64,000 bases of DNA from Candidatus Bathyarchaeota archaeon (GTDB lineage: Archaea > Thermoproteota > Bathyarchaeia > Bathyarchaeales > DTEX01): contig CAVQNT010000003.1 of the NCBI GenBank assembly GCA_963714275.1, positions 88,568 to 152,567 of the forward strand. Direction: 5' to 3'. The notes under the pieces were generated by a model, which worked only from the letters and a program-made list of their open reading frames with translations, ran no database searches and was not told the origin of the DNA. Below are positions 9,536-19,034 of this stretch, one piece after another; position 1 is the first letter of the stretch, and every line of letters begins with the position of its first letter. The translations under genes and the position numbers were made by a program.

Positions 9536-10700
9536 ATGAATGAGATGATGCCATTGGGCTATGATATACACAACATACTCTTCTTTTTTGGTGCTGGAGC
9601 GTCGGCGCCATTCGGAATCCCAACCATGAAGCAATTTGTGGACGATTTTGAACGGTTTCTGTCTGACAATAGTTCACGCGAAGAAATATCTTTCTATAAG
9701 AAAGTGAAAGATACTTTGAACAGTCAACTTAATAGAGATATAGACTTAGAGGACGTTTTTACAGTTATTGACGGATATATCAATTTTAACTTTGAAAAAC
9801 TAGGCGTATTGGCATTATACATTTTTTCTGAGCTTTCAAAACCAAGATCAAAATCTCCAGATTATATAGAGAAAGATTCTAAAATCTGCGAAAGTCTTAG
9901 AGATAAATATCGAAAATTCGTCAAGGATAAGTGTCTAATACCTGACCAATCCTTTGGAAAAATATCAAATGTTTACAAAGATTTTTTTAATAGATTATTT
10001 TTGGAATCTACATCCCCCCGATCTTATGTCGATTACCAGAAAGGAGGTTATTGTTACAGTACGAATTGGACGATTTTCACAACAAATTATGATACATGCC
10101 TTGAGTATTACTTTCGTGAAGTAGCAGGAGTCTCATGTTAACACAGGATTCGTCCCCGATGTGGCATCCCAAAAATATGTAATGGATGCACTGACGCTGT
10201 TCAACGAACCTGCTGCAATAATAAGGCTCATCAAACTTCACGGTTCTGTAAACTGGCTTATTGATTCTGAAGGAACAGTATCAGAGGAGTCAGTTTTAGG
10301 TCAATCATTTTTCGGAAGGAAAATCGTAGGCGAGATGATGATATATCCAGTTCAGCAGAAGGACCTCTATCTAGAACCTTATATTTCCATGTACAAACTG
10401 TTGAACAATAAACTTTCGGAAAAATTAATTTGGATCATTATCGGTTACTCATTCAATGACCCTATCATCCGTGAGATTTTCGTGAGGAACTCGCGTGCAG
10501 ATAAAATTATGGTTTTCGTTCATCCTGACGCTCTAAGAATTGCTGTGGAAAGACTGAAGGGTCTCAAAAATGATGTACGACTATTGAATGAGTGGTTTGG
10601 GCAAGATGGGCATTACAGGAAGGTCAATTATGACATAATAAGTAAACTTATCTCGAATCCGCGATTCGACGCGGAAGAAACACCTGTTTCTCAAAAATAA
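9536..10700 (+). CDS. SIR2_2-family (ThsA-type SIR2 fold) protein, one frameshift between 10119 and 10137
   Basis: Motif blocks FFFGAGASAPFGIPT, TTNYDTCLE, IKLHGSVNW and IIGYSFNDP. The second piece (10161-10700) continues in another frame as ...HVNTGFVPDVASQKYVMDAL... Confidence 0.75.
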
Positions 10701-10839
10701 ATATTCCATTTGCGTGTGTATTAAAATTAGTGAGCTAGCCCAAACCAAAAAGTAGAATCCTATCGCCTTGATTAATAGCGAGATTTTTTCTTATCTAGAA
10801 ATTCATCCTTAAGTCGCTGAACATATACATCATCACTAG

Positions 10840-11676
10840 TCAATAGCTTTCCTTCGGGGATAGCCCTTTTACTATGAAAGATGCTATTTCATGCCGTACA
10901 AGATAGCTTCGGACATTGTTTTTTCCTTTGCATTGTTCATGCATCAAAAAATTGTTTAGTGCTATGTTCGAAATCCTCCTCAACCAACTATGACTTGGAA
11001 ATATCGATATTTGATCGTTAGATATGAAAGCCATTGACATCTTATCTGCAACTTGGCTAAGAGTAGGCAAAGTTCTAGCACCGTGAACATAATCGTTACG
11101 ATAATTATAGTCTTGCTTCAACAACCTTTCAAATAACAAATTGGTGTTCCCACGCTTTCCAAGGAATTCAATCTCACGGATCTCGTATTGTGTGAATCTA
11201 TCAGTTGTAACGTAATTCATAACAAATCTTTTTAGATTTCTCCATTTTCCATTTCTGTAGAGAATATTTGAAATGCTTTCTAAAGAGAAAACGAGCAGGA
11301 CAAACGCAATTGAGTAGTTGTTTTCCTTTGTGATCAAAGACTCGTTAAATGTCTTAGAGCTATCAATGAAAGCATTGAAGAATGAGGAGTCAATGCAGAG
11401 AAGCTTGTTAAATTTTGATTCTACGGCAACTATGTCTCTAAATGCACCATTTTCAATAGAAGCATTGAAAACTATATTAGTTCCATTTATTTTTCTACTA
11501 AGAATCCTCACTGCTTTGTTTGAAAGAAGAGAAACAATATCGGCATATGTTTTAGCTTCAAATTCTTCATTTTCCAGAATAACATATTTAGCAAAGGCTT
11601 TGCTAATTCGAAATTCCGCAGATGATTCACTCTCAGAAGAAAACTTGCATTCTTCCAATTGGATAGAAATTGGCAT
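10840..11676 (-). CDS. Hypothetical protein with an Rx4H HEPN-type motif
   Basis: A 278-aa ORF with ATG start. YNYRNDYVHG sits in the C-terminal third, in a context that reads as helical to me. It is convergent with the SIR2-like gene across a 139-bp spacer. Confidence 0.5.
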   Translation of the reverse strand: MPISIQLEECKFSSESESSAEFRISKAFAKYVILENEEFEAKTYADIVSLLSNKAVRILSRKINGTNIVFNASIENGAFRDIVAVESKFNKLLCIDSSFFNAFIDSSKTFNESLITKENNYSIAFVLLVFSLESISNILYRNGKWRNLKRFVMNYVTTDRFTQYEIREIEFLGKRGNTNLLFERLLKQDYNYRNDYVHGARTLPTLSQVADKMSMAFISNDQISIFPSHSWLRRISNIALNNFLMHEQCKGKNNVRSYLVRHEIASFIVKGLSPKESY

Positions 11677-11773
11677 GATCGTAAATTATATTGACCTATT
11701 ATTTATAGCATGGGAGATTGCTTAAGTCATAAATCAGCAATTCTTGGAATCCATGTTTCACGTTCGCCTCTAA

Positions 11774-11797
11774 GGTAGGTAGGGTAGGTAGGTAGGT
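11774..11797. repeat. (GGTA)n microsatellite-like tract
   Basis: ggtaggtagggtaggtaggtaggt, in the intergenic space between the HEPN-motif gene and the PRC-barrel gene. Confidence 0.8.
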
Positions 11798-12059
11798 TGT
11801 CGTGGGCATCTCAGTACTTTCGCTTGCACTCTAAAACAGAAATCACCGCCATAACTTCACTAAATAGTTCTCTTTTTTTCCTTCAAATAGTGTTAACTAA
11901 GGGAGCGACAGCGAAGTGCACAGACAAAATAACATTTTATTTGGTAACTAACTAGGTAAACATCATTATTCTCTTAAGACGAGATATAATGATAAAGCTA
12001 AACTAACCCTGCGGATAATTTATAAACACTAATAAATATTTTTTATATGGGTATGTTTT

Positions 12060-12338
12060 ATGAATTTAGAGGAATTGATAGGTAAACAAGTTGTAGATAG
12101 CCAAGCGCATATTCTTGGAAAAGTTTTTGGAATCGAGTTTGATACGAGTACGTGGAAGATCATGGATATCTGCATAGATTTAGATAAAATGGTCGTAGAA
12201 ATAATGGGGTTCCAGAAACCAAGGGTCATTGGGAGCGTTAAGGTCAGTATTCCTGTTGAAGAAGTCAATGCGATACACGATATTATAACATTGAAGAAAA
12301 ACACGGTTGAGCTAAAAAGCATAGCTAAAAAAATCTAA
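12060..12338 (+). CDS. PRC-barrel domain protein
   Basis: LIGKQVVDSQAHILGKVFGIEFDTSTWKIMDICIDLD...VSIPVEEVNAIHDIITL is a typical small archaeal PRC-barrel layout. It is a paralogue of the ORF at 14894-15223. Confidence 0.75.
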   Translation: MNLEELIGKQVVDSQAHILGKVFGIEFDTSTWKIMDICIDLDKMVVEIMGFQKPRVIGSVKVSIPVEEVNAIHDIITLKKNTVELKSIAKKI

Positions 12339-12408
12339 GAATTAAATGTACTCCCAGTTAGCTACTAGATAGCCTCTTTTTTTCTTCTTATAATATTAAC
12401 TAGCTAAT

Positions 12409-12480
12409 TGTGTGTGTTTTTGTTTGTTTGTTTGCGTAGAACGTCTGACAGACAGACGGTAGGCGTACGTGTGTGCGTAG
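12409..12480 (-). repeat. Low-complexity element, copy B (right-arm type, reverse orientation)
   Basis: The reverse complement reads ...ctgtctgtcagacgttctacgcaaacaaacaaacaaaaacacacac. This resembles the CT-rich to CA-rich tail of copies A, D and F. Confidence 0.55.
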
Positions 12481-12617
12481 CTCAGCTAGCGTCTAAGAGC
12501 CCAAAATTAGACTGTTCCCCAAACACATAGAACTTCTAATTCATTTTTCTAGAATTTTCTTTCATATATTTTTTGAGATACAAGAGAAGAACAATCAAAA
12601 GAAGGATTTGAATCGGA

Positions 12618-12827
12618 ATGGAAGAACCATTTATGGGAAAATATAAAATTGAGATGGTGAATGAATACAAAGTGTTACCTCCAATGGACGAGAAGGCAGT
12701 CGAAGCAACAATTAATTCCTACGCTATTGATGGTTGGAAAGTCTTCGTTTTTAGTCGCACTACAGATGGCGAATACTATGCTCTAATGTTTAGAGTAAAA
12801 CAGAAAGAACTGAAACCTAAAGGTTAA
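12618..12827 (+). CDS. Small DUF4177-like protein
   Basis: A 69-aa ORF: KYKIEMVNEYKV...INSYAIDGWKVFVFSRTTDGEYYALMFRV fits the DUF4177 pattern as I remember it. Confidence 0.45.
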   Translation: MEEPFMGKYKIEMVNEYKVLPPMDEKAVEATINSYAIDGWKVFVFSRTTDGEYYALMFRVKQKELKPKG

Positions 12828-14181
12828 TTAATTGTGAAAAAATTTCTCTGCTAGCTTTATACCTATTGCCAAAGCTGATGTCAAGATAGACGTAAGGACC
12901 AACATGCCAGAAGAAGCCATCATTAATTGAGAGGCATTCGTAAATTCACTTAAACCCATCAATACTAAACTTACAAGTAAAGGAATTATTAGAACTACAT
13001 ATGTACATCTTTTTACGTTTCCCAGAATACGGACATGCTTATCTAGTAAAGCAATGAGAAACATCATCGGAAGAGAAAAATAAAAGGCTCCTATGAGGAA
13101 GCTTGTAGTTAAAATTGCCATGACCACGCTAAACTCCGAGCTGAATGTAAGAAAGTTTTGTACTGAAAATGATATACGCATAATACCCATCAAAGGGTAA
13201 AGAAAGCCTTTCACAGCCAACTTTGCTGCTTGGTCTTTCGCAATATAATGTGCTACGCTAGGACTGAATGAATAATACCAAACGTTAAATATTTCTGTAA
13301 ATTGACTGCCAACAAATGTTGATTTAACTTGATTGTCTCTGAATTCTCTTATGAATTGCACTTCTCCTTGTAGCTCTGATTTGATGGTAGCCATGGAAAC
13401 TAAACAATCTATTAATTCTGAACCGTTTTCCTGCACCTCTAACAAATACAATCCCGTTTCTAAGCTTACTAACCATAAAATCGACATACTTATAATCGTC
13501 CGGAGTCCATCCCAAAGGATTTCTGTCTCCCGTAGCCTCCACCCAGATCCATCCTGCACCTCTACCATCATCTATGTCCCAGTAAACGTTAGCATTGGGG
13601 TATTCAGGGAGATATATTAAAAGGGCAGCGTGATCAATCGCATCAACAATCGTCACATCGTAGCCTGCAGCAGAATACATCGCCGTGAGAATGAATGCAA
13701 AATCTTCACAGTCCCCATAAGCAACCTCCTGGTTGTTATAAGCCAGATCGATCATATGAGCCATTTCGTCAGGATTCCAGGCCCATTCTTCTTCTATCTC
13801 ATTATTAGTAACTGCGAGAACATAGGGGTTTTCTTCATCATATTTGTATTTTACCATAGATTGTACGAACTTCATTATTTTCTCTGCCCTGGTAACTTGA
13901 TCAGGATATTCAGTTAGAAACCATCTGCCGTACTGATAAGCAAGCTCTCTGTTTTGTCCTAGACTCTCAAAGACTACAGCAGGTAAGTAACCATCATCCC
14001 CTGTTGCAGAGTTTCTGTTAATATCCCAGCTATCGTACCAATAATATCCTTTTTTAGTAAAGCCTTCACTTTGATCAGCAATCGTACTTTGCACAGGATA
14101 CAAGAGTATAAGAATCGAACTAATCAAAAGTGGCAAAGACTTACTTTTCAATTCTCTATTTTCCTCATAGTGGTATAGCAA
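12828..14181 (-). CDS. Transglutaminase-like cysteine-protease-fold protein with signal peptide and C-terminal multi-TM domain, one frameshift near 13455
   Basis: The N-terminal piece (13324-14181) has a signal anchor plus GDCEDFAFILTAMYSAAGYDV...DHAALLIY (Cys and His of the transglutaminase core). The C-terminal piece (12828-13571 frame) has FIREFRDNQVKSTFVGSQFTEIFNVWYYSFSPSVAHYI followed by several TM helices. Confidence 0.65.
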
Positions 14182-14635
14182 GGCTGGAATTGATTACTAA
14201 TCCCATAAAAACTTCGTAGCAGAAAATGAATATACCAACAGCTTTTGGCGACTTGTTTATGTTGTCAAGATCTATCCCTTTAGGTTTCACCTTGGCAAAA
14301 ATATAGTAAAAAAGCCAACCAAAAAAGAGACTTACAAACACGCTTATGATTACAATAAGAAACCTTTGAAAGTTAAAGAATCCCGTATACAATACTGTTT
14401 GACTTAGGAAAATAGGGTTCAGAGAAGTTCCATGGATTACTAGTCCAACAAAAACGAGGAAGCCACCTACAAAGAGAGCAGTAGCATCTGGATCTTTTCT
14501 AATAATTGAGAACTCTTTTATGTCTATAGTTATTCGGTCAAGAGCAGCTATTCCAAAGAAGCCAATTATCACACAGAACGAACTTGACAGAAGCACCCTT
14601 AAATACCACAAAAACATACCCGTTAAGAACGACAA
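14165..14635 (-). CDS. Small polytopic membrane protein (possibly DUF350-like)
   Basis: A 156-aa ORF with four hydrophobic helices. DIKEFSIIRKDPDATALFVGGFLVFVGLVIHG resembles the DUF350 repeat. It overlaps the start of the transglutaminase-like gene by 17 nt, which suggests co-transcription. Confidence 0.45.
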   Translation of the reverse strand: MSFLTGMFLWYLRVLLSSSFCVIIGFFGIAALDRITIDIKEFSIIRKDPDATALFVGGFLVFVGLVIHGTSLNPIFLSQTVLYTGFFNFQRFLIVIISVFVSLFFGWLFYYIFAKVKPKGIDLDNINKSPKAVGIFIFCYEVFMGLVINSSLAIPL

Positions 14636-14893
14636 TATATCTACCTCATTGATGCTCTTAATATTTTTTCTAGCTATGAATTTATATTTTTCCCAATTTT
14701 ATAATAAATAAATTTTGCTTTGTATGTAGTTGAATTTTTTGAAGCAATTTATGTTTGAATCAGCTGTAGTTTTGAGCACGATCTCTTTAAAGAAGGCTAT
14801 TGCTGAATCACATATTGACAGTAGGAATTCCGATTTCTTCGCTACTACAGCTGGAATAGATTGGGTTGAGTGTTATAGCACAAATTGTCAATG

Positions 14894-15223
14894 TTATGAG
14901 GAAGCTTTCTTTATAGATTCTTTTAAACCTTCAACAGTCTTGTTAAGGACGATAACATCACCGATTGTCTCTACAGTGTCTACTGGAAGGAGAACTTCCA
15001 TATGTTTCAGGCCAGGAGCCAACTTTAGTGTTAATCCGAAAGGCTGTAACATTTTGTCAGACAATGCTATTACTAGGTGGATTACTTTCCAAGTTGAAGT
15101 GTCTATTTCAATGGCTGATACTGAGCCCAAATGTCTACCTTCCTTTGATATAACGTTCTTCGAATTTAAATCGTTTGGACGCAATCCTGCAACACCCCGT
15201 TGATGAACGATTATGATTCTCAA
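14894..15223 (-). CDS. PRC-barrel domain protein
   Basis: LNSKNVISKEGRHLGSVSAIEIDTSTWKVIHLVIALSD...LLPVDTVETIGDVIVL, parallel to the protein at 12060-12338. Confidence 0.75.
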   Translation of the reverse strand: MRIIIVHQRGVAGLRPNDLNSKNVISKEGRHLGSVSAIEIDTSTWKVIHLVIALSDKMLQPFGLTLKLAPGLKHMEVLLPVDTVETIGDVIVLNKTVEGLKESIKKASS

Positions 15224-15428
15224 TAATAAATCTTTTATGATTCATTATTTTTTCTGTTAGGTTTACTGTGGTTATGGCTAGCTGATATTTTTTAGCGACT
15301 GGATAGAATTGACAGATTCTAGTGACTATCTGCTCAGGTTGGCAATTCTCTACTTATCCTTTCCCAAATTTTGCTTGATTCCTATGAGCTATTTATAGCA
15401 CACTGCAATATTCCATATTGGTGTCATT

Positions 15429-17112
15429 ATGACGCAGTCATCAACAACCAAGCCTTCATTTCTTTCAGTGCAACCTGTCTCAAGGAAGGTTGGGCTTTAT
15501 GAAAAATTCGAGCTTCGAATCGACTTGAACGCAACATATGCCAATCCTTTCAATCCTGAAGAGATTGACTTACAAGCTGAGTTCACATCCCCCACTGGCA
15601 AAGAATGGAAGATATGGGGCTTCTATAACCATTCAAGCTGGTCTCATCTTTGGATGGTTCGTTTCGCGCCGACGGAGAAAGGGGTCTGGAAATATATCGT
15701 GAAAGTAAAAGACATAGAGGGCACAGCTCAAAGCCAAGCTGACACCTTCGAGGTGATTGACTCGTTGCATCATGGTTTCATCAGGATCTCGCCGAATAAG
15801 CGCTATCTGATGTATGATGATGGCACATCCTTCTATGGTGTTGGACTATGGTACAACGATGGTTATGACCTGTTCAACGAGGGACACATTACAGCAGATG
15901 GACTTGATGAGCTTAAACGTCGAGGTGCTAATTTCATCAGCTTCTTTCACACGCCTCTTGAGACTATGGGCACCGGTTTGGGTCGTTATGACCAGAATCG
16001 GTGTGGTCGACTTGACCAACTCTTTGAATGGTGTGAGAAGCGTAATATCCACATATCCTGGAACATGTGGTTTCACTCGCATCTTTCCCAGGCTGTTTGG
16101 GGTCCTGGTGGAGCACTATACAGACACAATCCCTTTCATCTTGTAGCTGATGCTGTTGACTTCTTCGGTAGTAAAGAAGCCTGGAAGTTTCAAGAAAAAA
16201 TCTGCCGTTACATAATCGCTCGTTGGGGGTATAGCCATGCATTGTTCCTATGGTTCATCATCGATGAAATTAATGGCACCGAAGGATGGCAGGATGGCGA
16301 TAAAGATGTCGCCGAAAAGTGGTGTAGAAAGATGGACGCCTTTTTCAATGAGCATGATCCCTACGGACGCCCTACCACAGGCACCCAAAGTGGGGGCATC
16401 GACGAATGGTGGCCAGGTGGATACAAAATCTTCGATATTGCAGCTCGCGAAATATATGAAGCGCAGGGACATCCTATGCCAAAGACAGGTAAAATCGACT
16501 GTGCCATTGAAAGCCCACTGCAATATAGCCTATCGCAACTACTCTACCCAGATCCATAATCTGTGGAAAGGCTTCAACAAACCCGCCATTATCGGTGAGT
16601 GTGGCTGGGACCATACATATTATGAACCGGGAACGCCAGGATATCTGGCAATGTATCACAATGCCTTATGGGTCAGCCTGACAAATGGTTTATGCTGTAC
16701 ACCATTCTGGTGGGCTTACTCAGATTGGATCAACGATAGTGTTGTTACCAATCAAATGCACCACTTAGCAAACTTCGTTTCAGACATCGATTTCGCTCAC
16801 CATAACCTTAAACCCGCTGAGATCAAGGCAGGTGACTGCGATGCATGGTGTATGAAGAACGACAAAATTATCTTCGGCTGGGTTGTTAATCCGCGTACCA
16901 GTGTTGCCAAAGAATCCTTCACGATCTCGGGGTTAAAAGATGGGAACTATGAAGTACATATCTATCACACATGGCGAGGTCAATACTTGAATGCGAACAC
17001 ACTTCAGTGTCAAGATGGAAAGCTCACCATCATGATTCCAGAATTACAGAGAAGCCAGGACCACGCTTCACACATCGGAAATGACATCGCTTTCAAAATC
17101 GTTAGAAAATAA
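15429..17112 (+). CDS. Glycoside hydrolase, DUF5060-type N-terminal beta-sandwich plus clan GH-A (GH5-like) barrel, one frameshift near 16510-16535
   Basis: N-terminus FELRIDLNATYANPFNPEEIDLQAEFTSPTGKEWKIWGFY. The barrel has WFIIDEINGTEG (acid/base region) and, in the second frame, KPAIIGECGW (nucleophile region). The pieces are 15429-16559 and 16237-17112. Confidence 0.65.
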
Positions 17113-17247
17113 TACCTAAAAAACACATGGAATCGCCTTTTCACCTATTCTTCGCTAGCTGACTAATATATCAAAAATAGAAAACGAAAAAAAATAAAAT
17201 GAATCTTCATCAGCATGCAGTTTGCTGATAACTAGCGTATACTGCGT

Positions 17248-17403
17248 CTAGTATCTTCTTCTACCAAAACTTGACCTTGGGGGTCTTCTCTTGGCAAAGC
17301 ACTCTTGGCAGTATACTGGTCTTGTGCCGTCGGGTTTGAAGGGAACTTCGCATTCTTTACCACAATCGGCGCAAACTGCTTTGTGCATTTCACGACTTTC
17401 CAT
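17248..17403 (-). CDS. Small CxxC...CxxC zinc-ribbon protein (51 aa), absent from the ORF track
   Basis: My translation is MESREMHKAVCADCGKECEVPFKPDGTRPVYCQECFAKRRPPRSSFGRRRY. An aggag sits about 11 nt upstream of the ATG. The CADCG...CQECF pattern with a basic tail matches the conserved CxxC-x17-CxxC small-protein family as I recall it. The overlapping 67-aa track ORF (17232-17435) is in a different frame and looks spurious. Confidence 0.7.
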   Translation of the reverse strand: MESREMHKAVCADCGKECEVPFKPDGTRPVYCQECFAKRRPPRSSFGRRRY

Positions 17404-17934
17404 GCTCTTTTCACTCCTATGCATTTTGTCTGCAAGAATAAAGTCTAGTTCTAGAAGCTTTGCTTCCTGCGCAATCTCAGAGAGACGTTTCCCTCTCTAT
17501 TAAACTTATCCATGACGAAGTTAGAAAACTTAATATGGTTAGCTGAAAACTTACGAATTGTGGATACAATGGCAAGGAATTTTAGCTGAAGCTATCTAGC
17601 CATGCCAGCCAAACAGCACTTAAGACCGTTTTAAGCCTAATTCGCTTTCGCAGGCTAAGCTGACTTTTCTCCTTACTAGATCTAGAGTAAATTCTCTTAT
17701 TCTTTAGACTCTTCGTTAACCAACTTTTCTGCTTCCATCTTTTAAGAGCCCTTTCCTTTCTTTTTCTTTCCTTTGCTACTTTCTTCATTTTTCTTTTCTC
17801 TTTTGTTTTTTTATATTTCTTAGTGGTTCTCGCTTGATTAAAATTTGTTCTCTTCCATCTATCCTAACAAACCTACTTAACTCTTTAGCATCCAAGATCA
17901 TCATGAGAAGGAAAAATGTGGGATGCAATCTTCT

Positions 17935-18040
17935 GTGTGTTTTTTAGAGAGAGTGTATGTATGTGAGTGAATGAGAGAAGGAAAGCAAAAGCATATAAGT
18001 GAAATAGTGTGTGACGGGGATTAAATTTTAATCTTTTTCT
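17935..18040 (+). repeat. Low-complexity element, copy C (left arm plus core)
   Basis: It aligns with 9261-9372 over about 110 nt with a few 1-2 nt indels: ...agagagagtgtatgtatgtgagtgaatgagagaaggaaagcaaaagcatataagtgaaatagtgtgtgacggggattaaattttaatcttttt. Confidence 0.85.
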
Positions 18041-18494
18041 TCTTCGCTGAAAGTGAAAGAATTGACTGGAAGACAAGCCATTATACAACGCAATATCCAA
18101 AATGTTAAGTCAAAACTTTTTTCACAGATAATGCTACCGTAAGCCAATTTGGTGCCGGGCCTGTGGATACTAAGGCTCAATAAAAGATTCGCCGAAAAGG
18201 AAGCAGACTAGAACGCCTAGAATGTGTTAATTCTTCATAAATTGTTTAAGCGCTAAGAAACGATTTTAGGGCATATCTTAATCTAAGAAACGCGGAAAAT
18301 CATCGAGTTGTTCAGAAAAAAAAGACGCAAAGACGAGATAGATCTAGCTGCCGAAACAGTGTTTCAGATTTTGAAGACTGGAGCAAAAAATGTAGAGAAA
18401 CAGAAGGGAAAAAACCATTGAGGAACCTCAATGGGAGAAGCATGAATCCGAAGAAATCACTAAAGAAAAAACAACTATACTACCTTCAAATGAA

Positions 18495-18938
18495 GTGTTA
18501 AAGTTTCTTAATCCAATTGATAGAGATCTTGAAGAGATCGAGAATACTCTAGTAAAGATCCATCCCAAAATTGAATCGATCTCTAAGCTTCTACCAACAC
18601 TGGACCCGTTGAAGGAACTACTACAACATAATATTGCAGAAAATATAAAGGAACTGAAGAAAAAGACTGCTTTTTTACTAGAGCTAAAAAAACAAGAGGA
18701 AGATAAAAATCAAGAGCTTCAAAAAATGCAGCAGATTAAGGAAAATCTGGAAAAAGAGATAAATCAGATGGAAGATGCATTGGTACAAGTACGCAATAAG
18801 ATACCCGAGATTACTGCCGAAAAAGAAAGAATCGAGGGCGATGTAACCCAGCGAGAAGAAAATCTTCGTTTGGTTGAAGAACACATTAGACGTATTCTAA
18901 ATCTTCAGAAAGCCAGCTCAACGCCCCCCACTCACTGA
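18495..18938 (+). CDS. Coiled-coil protein (hypothetical)
   Basis: A 147-aa ORF with GTG start. It is heptad-rich and E/K/Q/L-rich (ELKKQEEDKNQELQKMQQIKENLEKEINQMEDAL...). Confidence 0.4.
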   Translation: MLKFLNPIDRDLEEIENTLVKIHPKIESISKLLPTLDPLKELLQHNIAENIKELKKKTAFLLELKKQEEDKNQELQKMQQIKENLEKEINQMEDALVQVRNKIPEITAEKERIEGDVTQREENLRLVEEHIRRILNLQKASSTPPTH

Positions 18939-19034
18939 AGCCAGCTAATGTCACTGCAGTGACCTGAAACTCGTATTTTTCTTTAAATACTTAACATATT
19001 TTGGAATTCGGTTTCTGTTTGTATAACATGCGCT

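Noticed and set aside
11774-11797. Possible CRISPR array or other spaced-repeat array in the repeat-rich intergenic regions.
   Set aside because: Only a short (GGTA)n microsatellite and dispersed degenerate elements are present. I found no series of identical 25-40-nt repeats separated by unique spacers anywhere in the window, and no cas genes.
12470-12515. A tRNA-like 5' segment, gtgtgcgtagctcagctagcgtctaagagcc (GTAGCTCAGC...GAGC resembles a D-arm).
   Set aside because: No anticodon arm, T-arm (GGTTCRAATCC type) or 3' acceptor strand can be found downstream on either strand. At best it is a tRNA-fragment remnant or a chance match next to repeat copy B.
14730-15203. A 157-aa plus-strand ORF.
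   Set aside because: It lies antisense to the well-supported PRC-barrel gene (14894-15223) and its upstream region. It has no motifs and is probably spurious.
17582-17788. A 68-aa Lys/Arg-rich minus-strand ORF (MKKVAKERKRKERALKRWKQ...).
   Set aside because: Its composition is the complement of a CT-rich low-complexity tract (17740-17830). There is no motif and no ribosome-binding context. It could be a real small basic protein, but the evidence is insufficient.
9261-18040. Reading the 110-nt direct repeats as att sites of an integrated virus or plasmid.
   Set aside because: There is no integrase, no replication or capsid genes and no tRNA target inside or next to the block. I kept it as a finding only in the weaker form of a repeat-bracketed accessory block.
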